From: Eledone cirrhosa
Lineage: Eukaryota
Length of the DNA stretch: 64,000 nucleotides
NCBI GenBank assembly: GCA_964016885.1
Contig: OZ024740.1
Location: 10,912,001 to 10,976,000 of the forward strand
Reading direction: 5' to 3'
Below are positions 1 to 15,300 of the stretch, in pieces (positions within the stretch are counted from its first letter, which is position 1; every line of letters begins with the position of its first letter). Under the pieces are notes generated by a model that had not been told where the DNA came from, ran no database searches, and saw nothing but the letters and a program-made list of their open reading frames with translations. Made by a program: the position numbers and the translations under genes.

Positions 1-399
1 TATGGGAGTGTTTGATACAGTTATGGGAGTGTTTGATACAGTTATGGTAGTGTTTGATACGGTTATGGGAGTGGTTGATAGAGTTGTAGGAGTGTTTGAT
101 ACAGTTATGGTAGTGTTTGATACAATTATGGGAGTGTTTGATACAGTTATGGGTGTGTTTGATACAGTTATGGTAGTGTTTGATACAGTTATAGGAGTGT
201 TTGATACAGTTATGGTAGTGTTTGATACAGTTATAGGAGTGTTTGATACAGTTATGGGAGTGTTTGATACAGTTATAGGAGTGTTTGATACAGTTATGGT
301 AGTGTTTGATACAGTTATAGGAGTGTTTGATACAGTTATGGGAGTGTTTGATACAGTTATGGTAGTGTTTGATACAGTTATGGGAGTGTTTGATAGAGT

Positions 400-3300
400 T
401 GTAGGAGTGTTTGATACAGTTATGGTAGTGTTTGATACAGTTATGGTAGTGTTTGATACAGTTATGGTAGTGTTTGATACAATTATGGGAGTGTTTGATA
501 CAGTTATGGGTGTGTTTGATACAATTATGGGAGTGTTTGATACAGTTATGGGTGTGTTTGATACAGTTATGGTAGTGTTTGATACAGTTATAGGAGTGTT
601 TGATACAGTTATGGGAGTGTTTGATACAGTTATGGGAGTGTTTGATACAGTTATGGTAGTGTTTGATACAGTTATAGGAGTGTTTGATACGATTATGGGA
701 GTGTTTGATAGAGTTATAGGAGTGTTTGATAGAGTTATGGGAGTGTTTGATACAATTATGGTAGTGTTTGATACAGTTATGGGAGTGTTTGATACAGTTA
801 TGGTAGTGTTTGATACAGTTATGGGAGTGTTTGATACAATTGTGGTAGTGTTTGTTACAGTTATGGTAGTGTTTGATATAATTGTGGTAGTGTTTGATAC
901 AGTTATGGGAGTGTTTGATACAGTTATGGGAGTGTTTGATACAGTTATGGGAGTGTTTGATACAGTTATGGGAGTGTTTGATACAGTTATCGGAGTGTTT
1001 GATACAGTTATGGTAGTGTTTGATACAGTTATGGTAGTGTTTGATATAGTTATGGTAGTGTTTGATACAGTTATGGAAGTGTTTGATACAGTTATGGTAG
1101 TGTTTGATACAGTTATGGTAGTGTTTGATACAGTTATGGTAGTGTTTGATACAGTTATGGGAGTGTTTGATACAGTTATGGGAGTGTTTGATAGAGTTAT
1201 AGGAGTGTTTGATACAGTTATGGGAGTGTTTGATACAATTATGGTAGTGTTTGATACAGTTATGGGAGTGTTTGATACAGTTATGGTAGTGTTTGATACA
1301 GTTATGGGAGTGTTTGATACAATTGTGGTAGTGTTTGTTACAGTTATGGTAGTGTTTGATATAATTGTGGTAGTGTTTGATACAGTTATGGGAGTGTTTG
1401 ATACAGTTATGGGAGTGTTTGATACAGTTATGGGAGTGTTTGATACAGTTATGGGAGTGTTTGATACAGTTATCGGAGTGTTTGATACAGTTATGGTAGT
1501 GTTTGATACAGTTATGGTAGTGTTTGATATAGTTATGGTAGTGTTTGATACAGTTATGGAAGTGTTTGATACAGTTATGGTAGTGTTTGATACAGTTATG
1601 GTAGTGTTTGATACAGTTATGGTAGTGTTTGATACAGTTATGGTAGTGTTTGATACAGTTATGGTAGTGTTTGATACAGTTATGGGAGTGTTTGATACAG
1701 TTATGTTAGTGTTTGATACAGTTATGGTAGTGTTTGATACAGTTATGGTAGTGTTTGATACAGTTATGGTAGTGTTTGATACAGTTATGGGAGTGTTTGA
1801 TACAGTTATGGTAGTGTTTGATACAGTTATGGGAGTGTTTGATACAGTTATGGTAGTGTTTGATACGGTTATGGTAGTGTTTGATACAGTTATGGTAGTG
1901 TTTGATACAGTTATGGGAGTGTTTGATACAGTTATGGTAGTGTTTGATACAGTTATGGTAGTGTTTGATACAGTTATGGTAGTGTTTGATACAGTTATGG
2001 TAGTGTTTGATACAGTTATGGGAGTGTTTGATACAGTTATGGTAGTGTTTGATACAGTTATGGAAGTGTTTGATACAGTTATGGTAGTGTTTGATACAGT
2101 TATGGTAGTGTTTGATACAGTTATGGTAGTGTTTGATACAGTTATGGTAGTGTTTGATACAGTTATGGTAGTGTTTGATACAGTTATGGGAGTGTTTGAT
2201 ACAGTTATGGTAGTGTTTGATACAGTTATGGTAGTGTTTGATACAGTTATGGTAGTGTTTGATACAGTTATGGTAGTGTTTGATACAGTTATGGGAGTGT
2301 TTGATACAGTTATGGTAGTGTTTGATACAGTTATGGGAGTGTTTGATACAGTTATGGTAGTGTTTGATAGAGTTATGGGAGTGTTTGATACAGTTATGGG
2401 AGTGTTTGATACAGTTATTGTAGTGTTTGATACAGTTATGGTAGTGTTTGATACAGTTATGGTAGTGTTTGATACAGTTATGGTAGTGTTTGATACAGTT
2501 ATGGGAGTGTTTGATATAGTTATGGTAGTGTTTGATACAGTTATGGAAGTGTTTGATACAGTTATGGTAGTGTTTGATACAGTTATGGGAGTGTTTGATA
2601 CAGTTATGGTAGTGTTTGATACAGTTATGGGAGTGTTTGATAGAGTTATATGAGTATTTGATATAGTTATGGTAGTGTTTGATACAGTTATGGAAGTGTT
2701 TGATACAGTTATGGTAGTGTTTGATACAGTTATGGTAGTGTTTGATACAGTTATGGTAGTGCTTGATATAGTTATGGTAGTGTTTGATACAGTTATGGGA
2801 GTGTTTGATACAGTTATGGGAGTGTTTGATACAGTTATGGGAGTGTTTGATACAATTATGGTAGTGTTTGATATAGTTATGGTAGTGTTTGATACAGTTA
2901 TGGGAGTGTTTGATACAATTATGGTAGTGTTTGATACAATTATGGTAGTGTTTGATATAGTTATGGTAGTGTTTGATACAGTTATGGGAGTGTTTGATAC
3001 AGTTATGGGAGTGTTTGATACAGTTATGGGAGTGTTTGATACAGTTATGGGAGTGTTTGATACAGTTATGGGAGTGTTTGATAGAGTTATAGGAGTATTT
3101 GATATAGTTATGGTAGTGTTTGATACAGTTATGGGAGTGTTTGATACAGTTATGGGAGTGTTTGATACAGTTATGGTAGTGTTTGATACAGTTATGGTAG
3201 TGTTTGATACAGTTATGGGAGTGTTTGATAGAGTTATGGGCGTGTTTGATACAGTTATGGGAGTGTTTGATACAATTGTGGTAGTGTTTGATATAGTTAT

Positions 3301-6300
3301 GGGAGTGTTTGATACAGTTATGGGAGTGTTTGATACGATTATGGGAGTGTTTGATAGAGTTATAGGAGTGTTTGATATAGTTATGGTAGTGTTTGATACA
3401 GTTATGGAAGTGTTTGATACAGTTATGGTAGTGTTTGATATAGTTATGGGAGTGTTTGATACAGTTATGGGAGTGTTTGATACAGTTATGGGAGTGTTTG
3501 ATACAGTTATGGTAGTGTTTTATATAGTTATGGGAGTGTTTGATACAGTTATGGGAGTGTTTGATACAGTTATGGTAGTGTTTGATACAGTTATGGTAGT
3601 GTTTGATATAGTTATGGGAGTGTTTGATACAGTTATGGTAGTGTTTGATACAGTTATGGTAGTGTTTGATACAGTTATGGGAGTGTTTGATATAGTTATG
3701 GGAGTGTTTGATACAGTTATGGTAGTGTTTGATACAGTTACGATACTGTTTGATACAGTTATGGTAGTGTTTGATATAGTTATGGTAGTGTTTTATACAG
3801 TTATGGTAGTGTTTGATACAGTTATGGGAGTGTTTGATACAGTTATGGTAGTGTTTGATACAGTTACGTTACTGTTTGATACAGTTATGGTAGTGTTTGA
3901 TATAGTTATGGTAGTGTTTGATACAGTTATGGTAGTGTTTGATACAGTTATGGGAGTGTTTGATACAGTTATGGGAGTGTTTGATACAGTTATGGTAGTG
4001 TTTGATACAGTTATGGTAGTGTTTGATACAGTTATGGGAGTGTTTGATATAGTTATGGGAGTGTTTGATACAGTTATGGGAGTGTTTGATATAGTTATGG
4101 GAGTGTTTGATACAGTTATGGTAGTGTTTCATACAGTTATGTGAGGGTTTGATACAGTTATGGTAGCGTTTGATATAGTTATGGGAGTGTTTGATACAGT
4201 TATGGTAGTGTTTGATACAGTTATGGGAGTGTTTGATACAGTTATGGGAGTGTTTGATACAGTTATGGGAGTGTTTGATAAAATTATGGTAGTGTTTGAT
4301 ACAGTTATGGTAGTGTTTGATAGAGTTATGGTAGTGTTTGATACAGTTATGGGATTGTTTGATACAGTTATGGGAGTGTTTGATACAGTTATGGGAGTGT
4401 TTGATACAATTATGGCAGTGTTTGATACAGTTATGGGAGTGTTTGATACAATTATGGTAGTGTTTGATACAGTTATGGGAGTGTTTGATACAGTTATGGG
4501 AGTGTTTGATACAGTTATGGGAGTGTTTGATACTGTTATAGGAGTGTTTGATACAATTATGGGAGTGTTTGATATAGTTATGGCAGTGTTTCATACAGTT
4601 ATGGGAGTGTTTGATACAATTATGGGAGTGTTTGATACAGTTATGGGAGTGTTTGATACAGTTATGGGAGTGTTTGATACAGGTATAGGAGTGTTTGCTC
4701 CAGTTATGGGAGTGTTTGATACAATTATGGGAGTGTTTGATACAGTTATGGTAGTGTTTGATACAGTTATGGGAGTGTTTGATACAGTTATGGGAGTGTT
4801 TGATACAATTATGGGAGTGTTTGATACAGTTATGGTAGTGTTTGATACAATTATGGGAGTGTTTGATACAGTTATGGTAGTGTTTGATACAGTTATGGGA
4901 GTGTTTGATACAGTTATGGGAGTGTTTGATACAATTATGGGAGTGTTTGATACAGTTATGGTAGTGTTTGATACAGTTATGGTAGTGTTTGATACAGTTA
5001 TGGTAGTGTTTGATACAGTTATGGTAGTGTTTCATACAGTTATGGGAGTGTTTGATACAGTTATGGGTGTGTTTGATACAATTATGGGAGTGTTTGATAC
5101 AGTTATGGTAGTGTTTGATAGAGTTATGGTAGTGTTTGATACAGTTATGGTAGTGTTTGATACAGTTACGATACTGTTTGATACAGTTATGGGAGTGTTT
5201 GATACAGTTATGGGAGTGTTTGATACAGTTATGTGAGTGTTTGATACAGTTATAGAAGGGTTTGATACAGTTATGTTAGTGTTTGATACAATTATGGAAG
5301 TGTTTGATACAGTTCTGGTAGTGTTTGATAAAGTTATGGTAGTGTTTGATACAGTTATGGGAGTGTTTGATACAGTTATGGGAGTGTTTGATACAATTAT
5401 GGGAGTGTTTGATACAATTATTGGAGTGTTTGATACAGTTATGGTAGTGTTTGATACAGTTATGGGAGTGTTTGATACAGTTATGGGATTGTTTGATACA
5501 ATTATGGTAGTGTTTGATACAGTTATGGGAGTGTTTGTTACAGTTATGGGAGTGTTTGATACAATTATGGTAGTGTTTGATACAGTTATGGTAGTGTTTG
5601 ATACAGTTATGGGAGTGTTTGGTACAGTTATGGGAGTGTTTGATACAGTTATAGGAGTGTTTGATACAGTTATGGGAGTGTTTCATACAGTTATGGGAGT
5701 GTTTGGTAGAGTTATGGGAGTGTTTGATACAGTTATGGGAGTGTTTGATACAGTTATGGTAGTGTTTGATACATTTATGGGAGTGTTTGATACATTGATA
5801 TGAGTGTTTGATATAGTTATGGCAGTGTTTGATACAGTTATGGGAGTGTTTGATACAGTTATGGGAGTGTTTGATACAGTTATGGGAGTGTTAGATACAG
5901 TTATGGTAGTGTTTGATACAGTTATGGTAGTGTTTGATACAGTTATGGGAGTGTTTGATACAGTTATGGTAGTGGTTGATACAGTTATGGTAGTGTTTGA
6001 TATAGTTATGGGAGTGTTTGATACAATTATGGTAGTGTTTGATATAGTTATGGGAGTGTTTGATACAGTTATGGGAATGTTTGATACAGTTATGGGAGTG
6101 TTTGATACAGTTATGGGAGTGTTTGATACAGTTATGGTAGTGTTTGATACAGTTATGGGAGTGTTTGATACAGTTATGGGAGTGTTTGATACAGTTATGA
6201 TACTGTTTGATACAGTTATGGGAGTGTATGATACAGTTATGGTAGTGTTTGATACAGTTATGGTAGTGTTTGATACAGTTATGGGAGTGTTTGATACAGT

Positions 6301-9300
6301 TATGGGAGTGTTTGATACAGTTATGGGAGCGTTTGATACAGTTATAGGAGTGTTTGATACAATTATAGGAGTGTTTGATACAGTTATGGGAGTGTGTGAT
6401 ACAGGTATGGGAGTGTTTCATACAGTTATGGGAGTGTTTGGTAGATTTATGGGAGTGTTTGATACAGTTATGGGAGTGTTTGATACAGTTATGGTAGTGT
6501 TTGATACAGTTATGGGAGTGTTTGATAGAGTTGTAGGAGTGTTTGATACAGTTATAGGAGTGTTTGATACGATTATGGGAGTGTTTGATAGAGTTATAGG
6601 AGTGTTTGATAGAGTTATGGGAGTGTTTGATACAATTATGGTAGTGTTTGATACAGTTATGGGAGTGTTTGATACAGTTATGGTAGTGTTTGATACAGTT
6701 ATGGGAGTGTTTGATACAATTGTGGTAGTGTTTGTTACAGTTATGGTAGTGTTTGATATAATTGTGGTAGTGTTTGATACAGTTATGGGAGTGTTTGATA
6801 CAGTTATGGGAGTGTTTGATACAGTTATGGGAGTGTTTGATACAGTTATGGGAGTGTTTGATACAGTTATCGGAGTGTTTGATACAGTTATGGTAGTGTT
6901 TGATACAGTTATGGTAGTGTTTGATATAGTTATGGTAGTGTTTGATACAGTTATGGAAGTGTTTGATACAGTTATGGTAGTGTTTGATACAGTTATGGTA
7001 GTGTTTGATACAGTTATGGTAGTGTTTGATACAGTTATGGGAGTGTTTGATACAGTTATGGGAGTGTTTGATAGAGTTATAGGAGTGTTTGATACAGTTA
7101 TGGGAGTGTTTGATACAATTATGGTAGTGTTTGATACAGTTATGGGAGTGTTTGATACAGTTATGGTAGTGTTTGATACAGTTATGGGAGTGTTTGATAC
7201 AATTGTGGTAGTGTTTGTTACAGTTATGGTAGTGTTTGATATAATTGTGGTAGTGTTTGATACAGTTATGGGAGTGTTTGATACAGTTATGGGAGTGTTT
7301 GATACAGTTATGGGAGTGTTTGATACAGTTATGGGAGTGTTTGATACAGTTATCGGAGTGTTTGATACAGTTATGGTAGTGTTTGATACAGTTATGGTAG
7401 TGTTTGATATAGTTATGGTAGTGTTTGATACAGTTATGGAAGTGTTTGATACAGTTATGGTAGTGTTTGATACAGTTATGGTAGTGTTTGATACAGTTAT
7501 GGTAGTGTTTGATACAGTTATGGTAGTGTTTGATACAGTTATGGTAGTGTTTGATACAGTTATGGGAGTGTTTGATACAGTTATGTTAGTGTTTGATACA
7601 GTTATGGTAGTGTTTGATACAGTTATGGTAGTGTTTGATACAGTTATGGTAGTGTTTGATACAGTTATGGGAGTGTTTGATACAGTTATGGTAGTGTTTG
7701 ATACAGTTATGGGAGTGTTTGATACAGTTATGGTAGTGTTTGATACGGTTATGGTAGTGTTTGATACAGTTATGGTAGTGTTTGATACAGTTATGGGAGT
7801 GTTTGATACAGTTATGGTAGTGTTTGATACAGTTATGGTAGTGTTTGATACAGTTATGGTAGTGTTTGATACAGTTATGGTAGTGTTTGATACAGTTATG
7901 GGAGTGTTTGATACAGTTATGGTAGTGTTTGATACAGTTATGGAAGTGTTTGATACAGTTATGGTAGTGTTTGATACAGTTATGGTAGTGTTTGATACAG
8001 TTATGGTAGTGTTTGATACAGTTATGGTAGTGTTTGATACAGTTATGGTAGTGTTTGATACAGTTATGGGAGTGTTTGATACAGTTATGGTAGTGTTTGA
8101 TACAGTTATGGTAGTGTTTGATACAGTTATGGTAGTGTTTGATACAGTTATGGTAGTGTTTGATACAGTTATGGGAGTGTTTGATACAGTTATGGTAGTG
8201 TTTGATACAGTTATGGGAGTGTTTGATACAGTTATGGTAGTGTTTGATAGAGTTATGGGAGTGTTTGATACAGTTATGGGAGTGTTTGATACAGTTATTG
8301 TAGTGTTTGATACAGTTATGGTAGTGTTTGATACAGTTATGGTAGTGTTTGATACAGTTATGGTAGTGTTTGATACAGTTATGGGAGTGTTTGATATAGT
8401 TATGGTAGTGTTTGATACAGTTATGGAAGTGTTTGATACAGTTATGGTAGTGTTTGATACAGTTATGGGAGTGTTTGATACAGTTATGGTAGTGTTTGAT
8501 ACAGTTATGGGAGTGTTTGATAGAGTTATATGAGTATTTGATATAGTTATGGTAGTGTTTGATACAGTTATGGAAGTGTTTGATACAGTTATGGTAGTGT
8601 TTGATACAGTTATGGTAGTGTTTGATACAGTTATGGTAGTGCTTGATATAGTTATGGTAGTGTTTGATACAGTTATGGGAGTGTTTGATACAGTTATGGG
8701 AGTGTTTGATACAGTTATGGGAGTGTTTGATACAATTATGGTAGTGTTTGATATAGTTATGGTAGTGTTTGATACAGTTATGGGAGTGTTTGATACAATT
8801 ATGGTAGTGTTTGATACAATTATGGTAGTGTTTGATATAGTTATGGTAGTGTTTGATACAGTTATGGGAGTGTTTGATACAGTTATGGGAGTGTTTGATA
8901 CAGTTATGGGAGTGTTTGATACAGTTATGGGAGTGTTTGATACAGTTATGGGAGTGTTTGATAGAGTTATAGGAGTATTTGATATAGTTATGGTAGTGTT
9001 TGATACAGTTATGGGAGTGTTTGATACAGTTATGGGAGTGTTTGATACAGTTATGGTAGTGTTTGATACAGTTATGGTAGTGTTTGATACAGTTATGGGA
9101 GTGTTTGATAGAGTTATGGGCGTGTTTGATACAGTTATGGGAGTGTTTGATACAATTGTGGTAGTGTTTGATATAGTTATGGGAGTGTTTGATACAGTTA
9201 TGGGAGTGTTTGATACGATTATGGGAGTGTTTGATAGAGTTATAGGAGTGTTTGATATAGTTATGGTAGTGTTTGATACAGTTATGGAAGTGTTTGATAC

Positions 9301-12300
9301 AGTTATGGTAGTGTTTGATATAGTTATGGGAGTGTTTGATACAGTTATGGGAGTGTTTGATACAGTTATGGGAGTGTTTGATACAGTTATGGTAGTGTTT
9401 TATATAGTTATGGGAGTGTTTGATACAGTTATGGGAGTGTTTGATACAGTTATGGTAGTGTTTGATACAGTTATGGTAGTGTTTGATATAGTTATGGGAG
9501 TGTTTGATACAGTTATGGTAGTGTTTGATACAGTTATGGTAGTGTTTGATACAGTTATGGGAGTGTTTGATATAGTTATGGGAGTGTTTGATACAGTTAT
9601 GGTAGTGTTTGATACAGTTACGATACTGTTTGATACAGTTATGGTAGTGTTTGATATAGTTATGGTAGTGTTTTATACAGTTATGGTAGTGTTTGATACA
9701 GTTATGGGAGTGTTTGATACAGTTATGGTAGTGTTTGATACAGTTACGTTACTGTTTGATACAGTTATGGTAGTGTTTGATATAGTTATGGTAGTGTTTG
9801 ATACAGTTATGGTAGTGTTTGATACAGTTATGGGAGTGTTTGATACAGTTATGGGAGTGTTTGATACAGTTATGGTAGTGTTTGATACAGTTATGGTAGT
9901 GTTTGATACAGTTATGGGAGTGTTTGATATAGTTATGGGAGTGTTTGATACAGTTATGGGAGTGTTTGATATAGTTATGGGAGTGTTTGATACAGTTATG
10001 GTAGTGTTTCATACAGTTATGTGAGGGTTTGATACAGTTATGGTAGCGTTTGATATAGTTATGGGAGTGTTTGATACAGTTATGGTAGTGTTTGATACAG
10101 TTATGGGAGTGTTTGATACAGTTATGGGAGTGTTTGATACAGTTATGGGAGTGTTTGATAAAATTATGGTAGTGTTTGATACAGTTATGGTAGTGTTTGA
10201 TAGAGTTATGGTAGTGTTTGATACAGTTATGGGATTGTTTGATACAGTTATGGGAGTGTTTGATACAGTTATGGGAGTGTTTGATACAATTATGGCAGTG
10301 TTTGATACAGTTATGGGAGTGTTTGATACAATTATGGTAGTGTTTGATACAGTTATGGGAGTGTTTGATACAGTTATGGGAGTGTTTGATACAGTTATGG
10401 GAGTGTTTGATACTGTTATAGGAGTGTTTGATACAATTATGGGAGTGTTTGATATAGTTATGGCAGTGTTTCATACAGTTATGGGAGTGTTTGATACAAT
10501 TATGGGAGTGTTTGATACAGTTATGGGAGTGTTTGATACAGTTATGGGAGTGTTTGATACAGGTATAGGAGTGTTTGCTCCAGTTATGGGAGTGTTTGAT
10601 ACAATTATGGGAGTGTTTGATACAGTTATGGTAGTGTTTGATACAGTTATGGGAGTGTTTGATACAGTTATGGGAGTGTTTGATACAATTATGGGAGTGT
10701 TTGATACAGTTATGGTAGTGTTTGATACAATTATGGGAGTGTTTGATACAGTTATGGTAGTGTTTGATACAGTTATGGGAGTGTTTGATACAGTTATGGG
10801 AGTGTTTGATACAATTATGGGAGTGTTTGATACAGTTATGGTAGTGTTTGATACAGTTATGGTAGTGTTTGATACAGTTATGGTAGTGTTTGATACAGTT
10901 ATGGTAGTGTTTGATACAGTTACGATACTGTTTGATACAGTTATGGGAGTGTTTGATACAGTTATGGGAGTGTTTGATACAGTTATGTGAGTGTTTGATA
11001 CAGTTATAGAAGGGTTTGATACAGTTATGTTAGTGTTTGATACAATTATGGAAGTGTTTGATACAGTTCTGGTAGTGTTTGATAAAGTTATGGTAGTGTT
11101 TGATACAGTTATGGGAGTGTTTGATACAGTTATGGGAGTGTTTGATACAATTATGGGAGTGTTTGATACAATTATTGGAGTGTTTGATACAGTTATGGTA
11201 GTGTTTGATACAGTTATGGGAGTGTTTGATACAGTTATGGGATTGTTTGATACAATTATGGTAGTGTTTGATACAGTTATGGGAGTGTTTGTTACAGTTA
11301 TGGGAGTGTTTGATACAATTATGGTAGTGTTTGATACAGTTATGGTAGTGTTTGATACAGTTATGGGAGTGTTTGGTACAGTTATGGGAGTGTTTGATAC
11401 AGTTATAGGAGTGTTTGATACAGTTATGGGAGTGTTTCATACAGTTATGGGAGTGTTTGGTAGAGTTATGGGAGTGTTTGATACAGTTATGGGAGTGTTT
11501 GATACAGTTATGGTAGTGTTTGATACATTTATGGGAGTGTTTGATACATTGATATGAGTGTTTGATATAGTTATGGCAGTGTTTGATACAGTTATGGGAG
11601 TGTTTGATACAGTTATGGGAGTGTTTGATACAGTTATGGGAGTGTTAGATACAGTTATGGTAGTGTTTGATACAGTTATGGTAGTGTTTGATACAGTTAT
11701 GGGAGTGTTTGATACAGTTATGGTAGTGGTTGATACAGTTATGGTAGTGTTTGATATAGTTATGGGAGTGTTTGATACAATTATGGTAGTGTTTGATATA
11801 GTTATGGGAGTGTTTGATACAGTTATGGGAATGTTTGATACAGTTATGGGAGTGTTTGATACAGTTATGGGAGTGTTTGATACAGTTATGGTAGTGTTTG
11901 ATACAGTTATGGGAGTGTTTGATACAGTTATGGGAGTGTTTGATACAGTTATGATACTGTTTGATACAGTTATGGGAGTGTATGATACAGTTATGGTAGT
12001 GTTTGATACAGTTATGGTAGTGTTTGATACAGTTATGGGAGTGTTTGATACAGTTATGGGAGTGTTTGATACAGTTATGGGAGCGTTTGATACAGTTATA
12101 GGAGTGTTTGATACAATTATAGGAGTGTTTGATACAGTTATGGGAGTGTGTGATACAGGTATGGGAGTGTTTCATACAGTTATGGGAGTGTTTGGTAGAT
12201 TTATGGGAGTGTTTGATACAGTTATGGGAGTGTTTGATACAGTTATGGTAGTGTTTGATACAGTTATGGGAGTGTTTGATAGAGTTGTAGGAGTGTTTGA

Positions 12301-15300
12301 TACAGTTATGGTAGTGTTTGATACAGTTATGGTAGTGTTTGATACAATTATGGGAGTGTTTGATACAGTTATGGGTGTGTTTGATACAATTATGGGAGTG
12401 TTTGATACAGTTATGGGTGTGTTTGATACAGTTATGGTAGTGTTTGATACAGTTATAGGAGTGTTTGATACAGTTATGGGAGTGTTTGATACAGTTATGG
12501 GAGTGTTTGATACAGTTATGGTAGTGTTTGATACAGTTATAGGAGTGTTTGATACGATTATGGGAGTGTTTGATAGAGTTATAGGAGTGTTTGATAGAGT
12601 TATGGGAGTGTTTGATAGAGTTATGGGAGTGTTTGATACAGTTATGGTAGTGTTTGATACAGTTATGGTAGTGTTTGATACAGTTATGGTAGTGTTTGAT
12701 ACAGTTATGGGAGTGTTTGATACAGTTATGGGAGTGTTTGATAGAGTTATAGGAGTGTTTGATACAGTTATGGGAGTGTTTGATACAATTATGGTAGTGT
12801 TTGATACAGTTATGGGAGTGTTTGATACAGTTATGGTAGTGTTTGATACAGTTATGGGAGTGTTTGATACAGTTATGGGAGTGTTTGATACAGTTATGGG
12901 AGTGTTTGATACAGTTATCGGAGTGTTTGATACAGTTATGGTAGTGTTTGATACAGTTATGGTAGTGTTTGATATAGTTATGGTAGTGTTTGATACAGTT
13001 ATGGAAGTGTTTGATACAGTTATGGTAGTGTTTGATACAGTTATGGTAGTGTTTGATACAGTTATGGTAGTGTTTGATACAGTTATGGTAGTGTTTGATA
13101 CAGTTATGGTAGTGTTTGATACAGTTATGGGAGTGTTTGATACAGTTATGTTAGTGTTTGATACAGTTATGGTAGTGTTTGATACAGTTATGGTAGTGTT
13201 TGATACAGTTATGGTAGTGTTTGATACAGTTATGGGAGTGTTTGATACAGTTATGGTAGTGTTTGATACAGTTATGGGAGTGTTTGATACAGTTATGGTA
13301 GTGTTTGATACGGTTATGGTAGTGTTTGATACAGTTATGGTAGTGTTTGATACAGTTATGGGAGTGTTTGATACAGTTATGGTAGTGTTTGATACAGTTA
13401 TGGTAGTGTTTGATACAGTTATGGTAGTGTTTGATACAGTTATGGTAGTGTTTGATACAGTTATGGGAGTGTTTGATACAGTTATGGTAGTGTTTGATAC
13501 AGTTATGGAAGTGTTTGATACAGTTATGGTAGTGTTTGATACAGTTATGGTAGTGTTTGATACAGTTATGGTAGTGTTTGATACAGTTATGGTAGTGTTT
13601 GATACAGTTATGGTAGTGTTTGATACAGTTATGGGAGTGTTTGATACAGTTATGGTAGTGTTTGATACAGTTATGGTAGTGTTTGATACAGTTATGGTAG
13701 TGTTTGATACAGTTATGGTAGTGTTTGATACAGTTATGGGAGTGTTTGATACAGTTATGGTAGTGTTTGATACAGTTATGGGAGTGTTTGATACAGTTAT
13801 GGTAGTGTTTGATAGAGTTATGGGAGTGTTTGATACAGTTATGGGAGTGTTTGATACAGTTATTGTAGTGTTTGATACAGTTATGGTAGTGTTTGATACA
13901 GTTATGGTAGTGTTTGATACAGTTATGGTAGTGTTTGATACAGTTATGGGAGTGTTTGATATAGTTATGGTAGTGTTTGATACAGTTATGGAAGTGTTTG
14001 ATACAGTTATGGTAGTGTTTGATACAGTTATGGGAGTGTTTGATACAGTTATGGTAGTGTTTGATACAGTTATGGGAGTGTTTGATAGAGTTATATGAGT
14101 ATTTGATATAGTTATGGTAGTGTTTGATACAGTTATGGAAGTGTTTGATACAGTTATGGTAGTGTTTGATACAGTTATGGTAGTGTTTGATACAGTTATG
14201 GTAGTGTTTGATATAGTTATGGTAGTGTTTGATACAGTTATGGGAGTGTTTGATACAGTTATGGGAGTGTTTGATACAGTTATGGGAGTGTTTGATACAA
14301 TTATGGTAGTGTTTGATATAGTTATGGTAGTGTTTGATACAGTTATGGGAGTGTTTGATACAATTATGGTAGTGTTTGATACAATTATGGTAGTGTTTGA
14401 TATAGTTATGGTAGTGTTTGATACAGTTATGGGAGTGTTTGATACAGTTATGGGAGTGTTTGATACAGTTATGGGAGTGTTTGATACAGTTATGGGAGTG
14501 TTTGATACAGTTATGGGAGTGTTTGATAGAGTTATAGGAGTATTTGATATAGTTATGGTAGTGTTTGATACAGTTATGGGAGTGTTTGATACAGTTATGG
14601 GAGTGTTTGATACAGTTATGGTAGTGTTTGATACAGTTATGGTAGTGTTTGATACAGTTATGGGAGTGTTTGATAGAGTTATGGGCGTGTTTGATACAGT
14701 TATGGGAGTGTTTGATACAATTGTGGTAGTGTTTGATATAGTTATGGGAGTGTTTGATACAGTTATGGGAGTGTTTGATACGATTATGGGAGTGTTTGAT
14801 AGAGTTATAGGAGTGTTTGATATAGTTATGGTAGTGTTTGATACAGTTATGGAAGTGTTTGATACAGTTATGGTAGTGTTTGATATAGTTATGGGAGTGT
14901 TTGATACAGTTATGGGAGTGTTTGATACAGTTATGGTAGTGTTTGATACAGTTATGGTAGTGTTTGATATAGTTATGGGAGTGTTTGATACAGTTATGGT
15001 AGTGTTTGATACAGTTATGGTAGTGTTTGATACAGTTATGGGAGTGTTTGATATAGTTATGGGAGTGTTTGATACAGTTATGGTAGTGTTTGATACAGTT
15101 ACGATACTGTTTGATACAGTTATGGTAGTGTTTGATATAGTTATGGTAGTGTTTTATACAGTTATGGTAGTGTTTGATACAGTTATGGGAGTGTTTGATA
15201 CAGTTATGGTAGTGTTTGATACAGTTACGTTACTGTTTGATACAGTTATGGTAGTGTTTGATATAGTTATGGTAGTGTTTGATACAGTTATGGTAGTGTT

